Source of the DNA: Candidatus Methanoxibalbensis ujae
Lineage (GTDB): Archaea; Halobacteriota; Syntropharchaeia; Alkanophagales; Methanospirareceae
DNA: 57,860 bases
Reading direction: 5' to 3'
NCBI GenBank assembly: GCA_026134085.1
Contig: JAOQIN010000007.1
Coordinates: 1-57,860 of the forward strand
Below the pieces are notes generated by a model. It made no database searches. It was not told where the DNA came from and was given only the letters and a program-made list of their open reading frames with translations. The position numbers were made by a program, and so were the translations under genes. Position 1 is the first letter of the stretch; each line of letters starts with the position of its first letter. Shown piece by piece: positions 1 through 9,586 of this stretch.

Positions 1-122
1 AGCTGGAAGATGGAACGATATACTTCGTGCATGTGGACCTGGAGAAAGGAAAGGTGATAAGGGTAAGTCCACCGCTCCTATCACCATCATTTCATCGGAA
101 CCAAACTCACAATCGGAGCTGA
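1..122 (+). CDS. 3' end of a hypothetical protein (partial)
   Basis: Open frame from the window edge, LEDGTIYFVHVDLEKGKVIRVS..., ending at TGA 120-122. Confidence 0.4.
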   Translation, partial: LEDGTIYFVHVDLEKGKVIRVSPPLLSPSFHRNQTHNRS

Positions 123-207
123 ACTCACTGAAAGTCATACAGAAAATCATACAAAATTATTATGTGAAGAAATGAGATGGACGAGAGCCGGGGGTAAAGC
201 AAAAGCG

Positions 208-822
208 ATGAGAATAGAGGGTAAAACCGCATTTGTCATGGCTCTGTTTATCGTGGCAGTGTTCATGCTCGCATCAAAGTTCATGCTTCCCACCACCGTT
301 CAGGTGATTATCGAGGGAGAGTCAACCTACGTGAAGGAAATCCCAAATGTATATACTCTTCTGGATTGCGTGATAATTGCTGTCGCCTCGTTCATGCTCG
401 GTGCAAGCGCTTTTTATCTGCTTTTCCTGGGATTCACCGATACAGAAAAAGAAAAAGAAAGGGAGAAGATGGAGCATGGGGCTGAGCAGAAGGAGTCCAG
501 TTTGGAATCGCTTTTTAAGAATGCGGATACACACACAGTTCAAATTCCGGAAAAAAGCAGTGCAGAGGATGAAGCAGGACTGCTGAAGATACTGAAAGGT
601 AATGAGAAGAAAGTGATAGAAGCGCTCATGGAATACGGAGAGATGAACCAGGCTGACCTCTCAGCCCGAACTGGGATACCGAAGTCCACGCTCTCGAGAA
701 TATTACGGGATCTGGAGGACCGCGGTTTGGTGTTTCGTTATGATTACGGGATGAGCAAGATGGTGAAGATGGGCAAGATGGTGAATCTCGCCAATGTGCA
801 AATGCAAATAAAAATGAAGTGA
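208..822 (+). CDS. Membrane-anchored winged helix-turn-helix (MarR-like) regulator
   Basis: Two N-terminal hydrophobic helices; C-terminal wHTH (MNQADLSARTGIPKSTLSRILRDLEDRGLV). ORF track starts at 172; ATG 208 is more likely. Confidence 0.75.
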   Translation: MRIEGKTAFVMALFIVAVFMLASKFMLPTTVQVIIEGESTYVKEIPNVYTLLDCVIIAVASFMLGASAFYLLFLGFTDTEKEKEREKMEHGAEQKESSLESLFKNADTHTVQIPEKSSAEDEAGLLKILKGNEKKVIEALMEYGEMNQADLSARTGIPKSTLSRILRDLEDRGLVFRYDYGMSKMVKMGKMVNLANVQMQIKMK

Positions 823-953
823 TGCGTTGTATGAAGATTGAACATATGTGTGAGATGGAGCAAGTGTGAGATGGAGTAAAAAACAGCGTCGCCCGTCTGT
901 GCAATTTGTGCAGTTTATCCCTCATGGCATGTGCATTGAATAAGATGCTCACA

Positions 954-2537
954 TCATCTCGCGGACAGCTCCGTGTTTTTCTTTGCTTTGTTTCTGATTC
1001 TGATGGTGCTGTTGTGGAAGTTGCGCTCATACAGGCGATTTATGCCATTTATCATTGCGAGTACTGAAGCAAGCACAATATCCTCGCTGACGCCCTTTGC
1101 GGTTATTGTTTTATCACCCCTGCTCACCTTTACAACCACATTTACGAGAGCGTCCGTGCCTCCTGTTATCGCGTCCACATGATATTCATCAAGGCGGACA
1201 TCATCAATTTTCCGTGATGAGAGTGCTTTTCGCAACGCGTTTATGGCGGCGTCAACAGGACCCACGCCCACATCTGCAACAACAATCTCCTCACCATCAA
1301 CTGTCAGTCGCAGCGAAGCTGTAGGCTGAACATGCTTTCCAGAAACGACCGAGAGATCTATCAGCTTTATTCTCTCCTCCCTCTTTATTTGGAGAACATC
1401 ATCAACAATTGCTTGAAAGTCAGCATCTGTCACGAGTTTTCCCTTGTCTCCGAGCTCCTTCACACGGCTGATTATCTGATCAATCTGCTCCTCGCTCGCG
1501 AATATGCCCGTGGGAGATCTCCGCGATTGATCAGTTGATATTCCCATCTCGTCCAACGCCATTTTCACAGATGCCCTTCCTGTGTGCTTTCCGAATGCGA
1601 ATCTTCTCGTTCTTCCTATGATCCTGGGGTCAAAGGGCTCATAAAGGCGCTCATCAGCGAGCGTTCCGTGGACATGCATGCCGGACTCGTGTGTGAACGC
1701 GTTATCGCCCACGAGCGGCTTGTTAGGAGCCACCGGCATCTTCGCAAGCTTGCGGACAATGAGCGATGTCTCATATATGCGCTCCTTTTTTATGTTTGTA
1801 TCAATTCCATAGAGAATTTCAAGCGCGATGACGACCTCCTCAAGCGATGCATTTCCCGCACGCTCACCCATCCCATTTACAGTGACATGCACGAAATCAG
1901 CACCTGAGATGACTGCTGCAACAGAATTTGCAGTTGCAAGTCCGATATCGTTGTGGCAGTGCGCTGAAAGCGTGAAGTTCTCCTTCTTCAACTCTCCGAA
2001 AATATCCTTCGCTCTCTCAGGTGTCAGAACTCCCACTGTATCACACACACAAAGACGATCTGCAGATGCCTCTGAAAGGTGCTTAAAAACGGATTTGAGA
2101 AATGCAAAATCCGCTCTTGACGCATCTTCCGCACTTATCTCAACCTCAACACCGTGTGCTTTCGCATATTCTGTCGCCTCAACAGCTCTTTCAACAAGCT
2201 CAGAGCGGCTTATACGCAGCTTCTTCTGAATGTGCGCATCAGATACAGGCACAACAATGTTCACAGCATCCACATCGCAGCCGAGCGCAGCATCAATGTC
2301 ATCACGCAGCATACGAGCAAAAGAACAGACCTTCGCACTCAATCCCGCATTTGCTATATCCCTTATCGCACGCCTCTCCCCCTCAGAAACAACAGCGGTT
2401 CCTGCCTCAACAATGTCTACGCCTATCTCATCCAGCTGCATCGCAATTTTCAACTTCTCCTCAGGCGTAAACGATATTCCGGGTGTCTGCTCACCGTCCC
2501 TCAGCGTCGTGTCCAGTATCATAACCTTCCTCTTCAT
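954..2537 (-). CDS. cimA: (R)-citramalate synthase / 2-isopropylmalate synthase family
   Basis: DTTLRDGEQ, HCHND, GERAGNA and HESG motifs plus C-terminal regulatory domain; VVPVSDAH segment resembles archaeal CimA more than LeuA. Confidence 0.75.
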   Translation of the reverse strand: MKRKVMILDTTLRDGEQTPGISFTPEEKLKIAMQLDEIGVDIVEAGTAVVSEGERRAIRDIANAGLSAKVCSFARMLRDDIDAALGCDVDAVNIVVPVSDAHIQKKLRISRSELVERAVEATEYAKAHGVEVEISAEDASRADFAFLKSVFKHLSEASADRLCVCDTVGVLTPERAKDIFGELKKENFTLSAHCHNDIGLATANSVAAVISGADFVHVTVNGMGERAGNASLEEVVIALEILYGIDTNIKKERIYETSLIVRKLAKMPVAPNKPLVGDNAFTHESGMHVHGTLADERLYEPFDPRIIGRTRRFAFGKHTGRASVKMALDEMGISTDQSRRSPTGIFASEEQIDQIISRVKELGDKGKLVTDADFQAIVDDVLQIKREERIKLIDLSVVSGKHVQPTASLRLTVDGEEIVVADVGVGPVDAAINALRKALSSRKIDDVRLDEYHVDAITGGTDALVNVVVKVSRGDKTITAKGVSEDIVLASVLAMINGINRLYERNFHNSTIRIRNKAKKNTELSAR

Positions 2538-3069
2538 CTCTTCCTCCTATTATCAATGGATAGAGATGGATAGAGAAACCCCATCAAAAAACAAATTGCT
2601 TCCGTGCTCTGAGCGCGGGTGTTGCACCGTGTGTCGCTCACGCAAGGTGCTTTCTGATTCATTGAGAAGACCTGCCTCCATGGAGCTCTGAGTGGAGTTC
2701 CTCTCTCCGCAGGCGTCCCTGTCACACATATACCTGCCATACAATATGTTGGATCTTGGATTTTAATACAATCTCTCGCAGCCCTGAACCCGATCCCCCA
2801 TCTCATCGTAGTTAAGTTACACAGGAGATCACCACGCTGCATGGGCTCTCCTTGCTTTTGAACCTTTCTCCCTGATAGATTGTAGTGGGACACGATAATT
2901 CCTTACGCCATATGATAGCTGGATGTAATGTAATCCCGCATAAACAATCTATCTTCTCCTGCTTTCCTACTCCTGATGCATCTCAGCCTTCCATCTATCT
3001 TCAAATAAGTTCTGCATGCTTCAGCGGGGGTTTACACAACTTCGCTGAGAAAGCTCCTGGAGAATAATA

Positions 3070-4920
3070 AGGATGTAATAAATAAAAAAAAGAGATATGC
3101 CTAACAAAAAATCCACTTCCGATTTTTAATAGGAGAAATGAAGATTAGTAGAATTATTTATAATGGGTTATTGGATTGAAGAAAAAAGAAAACCTCTCTG
3201 AGAAGATTTTTTAATAAACTCATTAATAATATATTGTAGATTTGGGATTTAGAGGAGATGAACAGGTAGGTGCAGCTTATGATTATAAAGCATATCCTAG
3301 GATGGGCGATGTTTACTATCCATTGAGAAAACATACTTTAACAAATGTGCGATTTGACCTCACCGATGAGGAAGTAGTTGAATTTCGAAATCAAAAATTA
3401 TAAAAGATCATCATTATCTACAAAATCAGAACTCAAACAATTATTTAAAAAAAGTTACGAGTCGTTTTTACCTGCTCTCCAAATTATCTTTATTGGAAGA
3501 AGAAATATAATGAAAATATACATCACATTATGAAAGTAGAATTTCAAAAATATATATAATTTGTTGATTAATGTCGGTGAGAAAATATATTTATATCTGA
3601 TATCAGAACAATTTGGTTTGAACACGAAAGAGAAATTTGTAAAATAGCTGCATTAAAAGTATATTCTGAACCGTCTTATGTAATAAAATCACAAACGATT
3701 GATAAAATAAAAAAATAATCCAAATTTTTACTTTGAAAGAAGAAGATGTTGAAACAGGGAAAACAGATTTCCTAAAGAGATATGTTCTTGTGTAAATCGG
3801 AGATATATCGCACATGGGTGTCATTAATAGCTTGTAAGTTATACTTTGAATAAAAACATAAAATTTAAAGGAGATAGCGATGTTATCTTGGATTGAATGA
3901 AATTGACATAGATTGACATAAATTCAAATCAAAAAAGAAGCGATGAGACTAAAGGATAGAAACCGATAATCTTGATTTCGGGGCGGCGTCGCTTTGCTCC
4001 TCGCCCTCGTCACGCTCGGATCATAAGGTGCGTATGCGGTTTGCACCTCCAGTGCTCGCTCTCGAGATGAGAGGGGACCTGCATGCCCGCCGGGCATTAG
4101 GCGCAATCGGGTTCCATGAGGAGGGCTCATAAATGAAAGTGACATGAAAAAGTGAACTGCCACTTGATCCTCCAGTTCCTCACTTCATCATTCAGCATCT
4201 GAAACTCCATCCAGTTCCTATTGTTGCCTCACCTGCTTTATGCTCCGACGATTATCAGTTTTTCATTACAATACACTTCCAAAGACTGAGTCAGATTCTA
4301 CAATTTTGCAAAATTTTCTCAGTCTTTCACAGATAGTCCATACTTTGGTTTCAGAATAATATTGAAATTTTTTATTTATTCAGTATTAATCTTTCTTTTT
4401 TCTTTTCATTCAATCCATTCCGCTTTATCTCTCTCCTTCTGATTCTTTCATATTTTTTAGTTTTTAAGTATTTCTGTGTTTCTTGCAACGGGAGATGCTC
4501 TCCAAACCACTTAGTTATTAATAGTATCGGTGGTTTTTGCATTGTTTATTGTATGTTCATTTGTTCAAGAATGGCTGAGATTACAAATATTATGATCAAT
4601 GCCACACAGACAAATATGATGTGGCGATTATAAGGACAATAATATCACTTTTTTGATTATAGCAATGGTTTTCTTTAATATGGCTTATTTGGTGTGCTTG
4701 GCTTTTGTGTCCTGACTGATCTGGGTGCTGCGTTTGTAATGAGGTAAATCAGCTTTAAAGCGGGTTTAGAAACTTTCATAATTGCTTTATTTTCGATTAT
4801 TGGCGTCAAAGTTGCATCAATAATTTCAAGCTATCATATATACTGAAAGAGAAGAAAGTGAGAAATGATTCTCCTTTTTTTGTTGAAAATATGAAGTGTC
4901 AATGAGACAGATCATTTAAG
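3070..4920. pseudogene. AT-rich island of degraded, stop-ridden gene fragments
   Basis: Visibly AT-rich relative to flanks; short protein-like fragments (e.g. IVDLGFRGDEQVGAAYDYKAYPRMGDVYYPL near 3234-3400) but no intact ORF. Confidence 0.45.
3975..4107 (+). repeat. Degenerate attC-like imperfect palindrome
   Basis: GC-rich nested hairpins; GCGTATGCGGTT pairs imperfectly with GACCTGCATGCCCGC; ends ATTAGGCGCAAT, one mismatch from GTTRRRY. Confidence 0.4.
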
Positions 4921-5264
4921 CATTGCGTCTGGCTCTGAGCGCTGATAGATTGGATTTCTGATAGATTGGATTTTTGCCTTTTTTATCTTATAATTTATAC
5001 TATTTTATTTTTACTTTACTACATTATATTTCACATTATATCAGTATCTCTTTCTTTTGCATATCGCTTTTGATTCGTCGCTTTTTTCACAATTTATTCT
5101 CATTCTCATCAGTATACAGCAGTATAGCTTCAAGTGTCATCCTTCTGCTCTTTTTCTTTTTCTTTCGTTTTATCAGCGAATGCGGGAGGTGTTGACAGCA
5201 ATCTGCCGACGCAAATGCATACGGTGATGGAAGGGGATAAAGAGAAGAGAGAAGGAGGTGTGAT

Positions 5265-6356
5265 GTGATGACGGGCGGAGGTAACATATTTGGCGAGGTT
5301 TTCAGGGTGGCTACATGGGGAGAATCTCACGGAACTGCTGTTGGGGTTGTTGTTGACGGCTGTCCCGCCGGTATTCATCTGACAAGAGAGCACATACAGA
5401 AGGAGCTTGACCGCAGGAAGCCTGGAGCAAGTGATATCACGAGCGCGAGAAGGGAATCTGATGAAGTGGAGATTCTTTCAGGTGTTTTTCGCGGAAGAAC
5501 ACTCGGAACGCCCATATCAATGATGGTCCGGAACAGAGATGTTGATTCAACACCCTATGAAAAATTCAGAGAGATTCCGAGACCCGGGCAGGCGGATCTC
5601 ACATATGAGATGAAGTATGGAATTCGTGATTATCGCGGTGGAGGTCGTGCGTCAGGTCGTGAGACTGTTGCGAGGGTTGCTGCGGGTGCTATCGCAAAGC
5701 GCATATTATCCGTTCACAGCATTGAAATTCTTGGACATGTCATTGAAATAGGCGGCATCCATGCGAGGGAACTGAGTTTTGATGAGATAAGAAAAAACGC
5801 CGAGCGCAATGCAGTGCGCTGCGCCGATCTTGAAGCGGCAGCTGAGATGGAATCACGCATAAAAGAGGTGAAAGCAGCAGGAGACAGTGTAGGCGGCATC
5901 GTTGAGGTAATCGCACTGAATGTCCCTCCCGGATTGGGAGAGCCCGTGTTTGACAAGCTTGACGCAGACATCGCAAAGGCGATGATGAGCATTGGCGCAG
6001 TGAAAGCTGTTGAAATAGGCGCTGGTTTTAAATCTGTGAGAATGCTCGGCAGCGAGATGAATGATGAGTTCTTCATCACAGAAGGAAAAGTGCGCACAAA
6101 AACGAACAATGCGGGCGGAATACTCGGAGGAATATCAACAGGCGAGCCCATCATATGCAGAATAGCAGTCAAACCGACACCTTCAATATCAAAACAGCAG
6201 CGAAGCATAAACATGAGAAGCATGGAAGAGGTCAACATAAAAATAGACGGCAGGCATGACCCCTGTATATGCCCGAGAATAGTGCCCGTCGCCGAGGCAA
6301 TGCTCGCAATCGTTATCACAGACCATCTGCTGCGATCAAAAATAAGCCGCCTGTAG
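5265..6356 (+). CDS. aroC: Chorismate synthase
   Basis: [27 protein letters not shown] and GRHDPC motifs. Confidence 0.97.
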   Translation: MMTGGGNIFGEVFRVATWGESHGTAVGVVVDGCPAGIHLTREHIQKELDRRKPGASDITSARRESDEVEILSGVFRGRTLGTPISMMVRNRDVDSTPYEKFREIPRPGQADLTYEMKYGIRDYRGGGRASGRETVARVAAGAIAKRILSVHSIEILGHVIEIGGIHARELSFDEIRKNAERNAVRCADLEAAAEMESRIKEVKAAGDSVGGIVEVIALNVPPGLGEPVFDKLDADIAKAMMSIGAVKAVEIGAGFKSVRMLGSEMNDEFFITEGKVRTKTNNAGGILGGISTGEPIICRIAVKPTPSISKQQRSINMRSMEEVNIKIDGRHDPCICPRIVPVAEAMLAIVITDHLLRSKISRL

Positions 6357-6370
6357 GCGAGCGTAAAGCC

Positions 6371-6383
6371 AAAGTTTTTAAAG
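6371..6383 (+). promoter_or_regulatory. Probable BRE/TATA box of tRNA-Ser
   Basis: AAAGTTTTTAAAG about 25-35 nt upstream of the tRNA 5' end. Confidence 0.55.
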
Positions 6384-6407
6384 TTTTATTTCTCATAAAT
6401 AAAGGGA

Positions 6408-6493
6408 GTCGGGATAGCCAAGCGGTCCAAGGCGGCAGGTTGCTAACCTGCTCTCCCTTACGGGAGGCGAGGGTTCGAATCCCTCTCCCGACG
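6408..6493 (+). tRNA. tRNA-Ser(GCT)
   Basis: Acceptor GTCGGGA/TCCCGAC; anticodon arm GCAGG-TTGCTAA-CCTGC; long variable arm; GGTTCGAATCC T-loop; G discriminator. Confidence 0.95.
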
Positions 6494-6524
6494 CTTTGAG
6501 ATCTCATCTTTCAATCAACTGAGT

Positions 6525-7436
6525 ATGTGTGCATCTTGGAAAATGTTTCATCTGATATATGAGAAGCTGCTTGAACGGAGAATACTGCGGGCGGAGGAGA
6601 GAATACCATCTCACATACTGCTCGTGCTGAACGAAGTTGACATACTCTCTGTTAAAAGACGGCGAGGAATCGCTGCGGCAGCGCGCCTGTGTGCTGATAG
6701 CGACAGCAGTGACGGAGCTGAAAAACTCAGAAAATTCGTGAAATGGTGCATATCTCTCAGTGTAAACGAGGTCAGCATATATGTGAGCCTGATAAACGAT
6801 GAATGCTGCAAGGATGCCTGCAGGCGTGTTGTGGAGCGCGTGATCTGGGCGCTTAGCGTTTATAACAATTATGTTATATACACACCCTGTTCCGTCCCCA
6901 TACGCTCATCATCGCCTTCTTCTCAATCATCATCGCCTTCTTCCCAGTCGCTTTCTTCATCTCATTCATTGTTTCCCTCATCATATGCCATATCTTCACA
7001 TTCGCAATCTGAACTGGATTCACAATCGTTATCCCATTCACAATCATCATACCCGGATTCATCATCGACTGCCCCATCATCACTTTCACTTTTATCAAAG
7101 AAGGGAGATGCAGAGTTCAAGATCACGGTATCTGTGGGCTTTGGAGGCAGAAGCGAGCTGACAAATGCGTTCAGAAGGATCGCTGAAAATGTCCAATCCG
7201 GGATTATTGAGCCTGCGGATATAGATGAGAAGATGATAGAAGATGCGCTGATATTCAGGTCGGAACCCGACCTCATCATACGCTCAGGATGCGCCAATCT
7301 CACTGATTTTCTGATATGGCAATCAGTATACAGCGAGTTATACTTCACAGATGTGAACTGGCACAACTTCAGACGAATTGACCTTCTGCGTGCGATAAGG
7401 GATTTTCAGACAAGAGAAAGGCGCTTCGGTCGCTGA
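6525..7436 (+). CDS. cis-prenyltransferase (UppS-like) family, probably the non-catalytic NgBR/Nus1-like subunit, with Ser-rich insertion
   Basis: PDLIIRSG...FLIWQSVYSELYF...RERRFGR; lacks the N-terminal DGNRR catalytic motif (PSHILLVLNE instead). Confidence 0.8.
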   Translation: MCASWKMFHLIYEKLLERRILRAEERIPSHILLVLNEVDILSVKRRRGIAAAARLCADSDSSDGAEKLRKFVKWCISLSVNEVSIYVSLINDECCKDACRRVVERVIWALSVYNNYVIYTPCSVPIRSSSPSSQSSSPSSQSLSSSHSLFPSSYAISSHSQSELDSQSLSHSQSSYPDSSSTAPSSLSLLSKKGDAEFKITVSVGFGGRSELTNAFRRIAENVQSGIIEPADIDEKMIEDALIFRSEPDLIIRSGCANLTDFLIWQSVYSELYFTDVNWHNFRRIDLLRAIRDFQTRERRFGR

Positions 7437-7457
7437 CGCACGACCACAGCGAGGGCG

Positions 7458-7928
7458 TCATTCGGAGATGCCCTTCCTGACCTTCACCGCCACTCCTCTT
7501 TCAAACGCGAGCATCTCATCACGAGACAGCACGGCCTTACCAGTTGCGAGGAGTTCGTCCTGCTCGTTGACGACGATGACTTCATCGCCAGCCTTTATCT
7601 CAGGGTCCGCGTCCACGACATGCTTGCAGAAAACAGTCTTCCCCTTTTTTATGAAGTCGGAAACATCATCACGAACGATAACGCGCAGAGCGGGATATTT
7701 GAACGCACGATGCAATCTATTTGCACCTTCAATACCGAGTGTGAAAAGTCCGTCCGTGCTGCGCAATGTCGCTATTCTGGCACCTTTATCCGCCACTATC
7801 TGTGATATGCGCCCCGTCTTTGAGCGGATGAACCTGACATCATCTGTGAAAAGCGCATCTCCCGCACCCTCTCCAAACTGAAAATCCGCAATCACACGCA
7901 ATTTCCTCAGAATGTGTTCCTCGTTCAT
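7458..7928 (-). CDS. PUA-domain protein (C-terminal part of split archaeosine tRNA-guanine transglycosylase)
   Basis: IADFQFG...GKTVFCKHVVDADPEI.AGDEV...ATGKA...GVAVKVR. Confidence 0.85.
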   Translation of the reverse strand: MNEEHILRKLRVIADFQFGEGAGDALFTDDVRFIRSKTGRISQIVADKGARIATLRSTDGLFTLGIEGANRLHRAFKYPALRVIVRDDVSDFIKKGKTVFCKHVVDADPEIKAGDEVIVVNEQDELLATGKAVLSRDEMLAFERGVAVKVRKGISE

Positions 7929-8242
7929 GCTCCTCCTCCCCTTTATGCGATTGTGAATGAAGAGGATTTGCGTGACCTCATCCCATCACTTATCACTTAA
8001 AGCATCACTTGAAAATCCAGACAGGTTCACGGAGGACGTGGTGGAGACCCTCCACGGGCATCGGCACCACATCACACGCATTTCCCACATCCCGCTCTAT
8101 TATGAGATTATGATTGCTCCCGGCTCACCAAGCTGACATGATGTACTGTTGGAGCCATGCGGGCGGAGAATTGAGAGATCGCCGCGGAGGAGAGAGCAGA
8201 AGAGGGAGGAGAAATGAGGGAAGAGAAATAAACCACATAGAG

Positions 8243-8953
8243 ATGCGAATGAGGAGGAAAAAGGGACTGATAGTCGCGTTTGACATGGAAGATGTGGACT
8301 CAGCGCTCTCGCTTGCGCGTGAGATGAGGAATGCTGATGGGGAATTCGTGATAAAGATAGGGAGACCTCTTGAGATGCAGGCAGGCGTTAAGATAATGGC
8401 GAAGATAAAGGAGATATCTGGATTGCCCGTGATATATGACGGTAAGATAGCGGACATTCCATATATAAGCCGCAGGATAGCGGAGAACGCATTTGATGCA
8501 GGTGCGGATGCTGTGATTGTGCATGCATTTGTTGGATCAGATGTGCTTCGTGCTGTCAAAGAAACTGGAAAAGGAGATGTGATTGCTGTTGTCGATATGA
8601 CACATGAGGGCAGCAATGAGTTTTTGAGGCGTGTATCATCCGAGATGATATCCGCTGTTCTGGATGTTGGCGTTGACGGCGTTGTGATTCCCGCGACAGA
8701 TCCGCAGCGATTGAGGCATTTCGCATCCATGATTGATAATGCATACATCATATCGCCCGGAATAAAAACGCAGGGTGCATCTGTCGGTGATGCAATACTG
8801 AACGGAGCCGATTATGAGATCGTGGGAAGAGCCATATATACTGCTGAAAATCCGAAGGAGGCGGCGGAGACGATATATGAGGAGATGATCAGAAGATGGA
8901 GGAGCGGGAGAAACGGGAGAATCGGATACAGATGGATTACAGGCGGAGATTAA
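8243..8953 (+). CDS. pyrF: Orotidine 5'-phosphate decarboxylase
   Basis: LIVAFD, DGKIADIP, SPGIKTQG and IVGRAIY motifs; start placed at ATG 8243/8249 rather than 8114. Confidence 0.9.
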   Translation: MRMRRKKGLIVAFDMEDVDSALSLAREMRNADGEFVIKIGRPLEMQAGVKIMAKIKEISGLPVIYDGKIADIPYISRRIAENAFDAGADAVIVHAFVGSDVLRAVKETGKGDVIAVVDMTHEGSNEFLRRVSSEMISAVLDVGVDGVVIPATDPQRLRHFASMIDNAYIISPGIKTQGASVGDAILNGADYEIVGRAIYTAENPKEAAETIYEEMIRRWRSGRNGRIGYRWITGGD

Positions 8954-9522
8954 TGAGGCATCTTCTGGAAAGCGGTGCTGTCAGGTTCGGGAGGTTCAAG
9001 CTGAAAAGCGGGCGCATATCTGAATATTTCATAAATGTTGCTGCTGCGATGAAAACGGGAGAAGATGCGAGCCTTGTTGCTGATGCGTATGTCCGTCACA
9101 TTCTTGAAACAGGAGTGGATTTTGATTTTGTTCACGGCGTCGCATACAAGGGCATTCCGATTGCAGCGCTGATATCATCAAAACTCTGCGAGCACGGCTT
9201 TAACAAGCGATGGGGATACGACAGAAAGGATATGAAGGCATACGGCGACACATCTGAAATGAGGATCGTGGGGGACCTGAGGGATGGGGATCGTGTGTTG
9301 ATCGTTGATGATGTCATCACAACAGGAAGGACAAAGGTGGATGTGTGGAGACTGCTGCTTTCATGCAGGAATGTGCGTCCGGCAGGTGTTCTCGTGGCAG
9401 TTGACAGAGAAGAAATGAGTGATGAGGACAGAGCACTTCTTGATGAGCATGGATTAAATGTGTTCACCATACTTAAAATATCTGATCTCAAGAGAGAAAG
9501 GGAGAAGGAGCATGGCTTTTAA
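8896..9522 (+). CDS. pyrE: Orotate phosphoribosyltransferase
   Basis: FGRFKLKSGR, GVAYKGIP and PRPP-binding IVDDVITTG motifs; adjacent to pyrF; start may be ATG 8932. Confidence 0.92.
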   Translation: MEEREKRENRIQMDYRRRLMRHLLESGAVRFGRFKLKSGRISEYFINVAAAMKTGEDASLVADAYVRHILETGVDFDFVHGVAYKGIPIAALISSKLCEHGFNKRWGYDRKDMKAYGDTSEMRIVGDLRDGDRVLIVDDVITTGRTKVDVWRLLLSCRNVRPAGVLVAVDREEMSDEDRALLDEHGLNVFTILKISDLKREREKEHGF

Positions 9523-9586
9523 CAGAGGAGAGGGGATAGCCGTATGTTGAGCGCTCGGGAGAGGTCATAAAGAGGAGGTGAGACCT

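Noticed and set aside
2960..3040. TPAEAC motif on the minus strand as a DDE transposase tail
   Set aside because: A single short motif with no supporting catalytic region or inverted repeats.
3099..3105. GCCTAAC as the start of another attC
   Set aside because: No complementary arm or GTTRRRY follows at a suitable distance; it reads as an ATG CCT AAC gene start.
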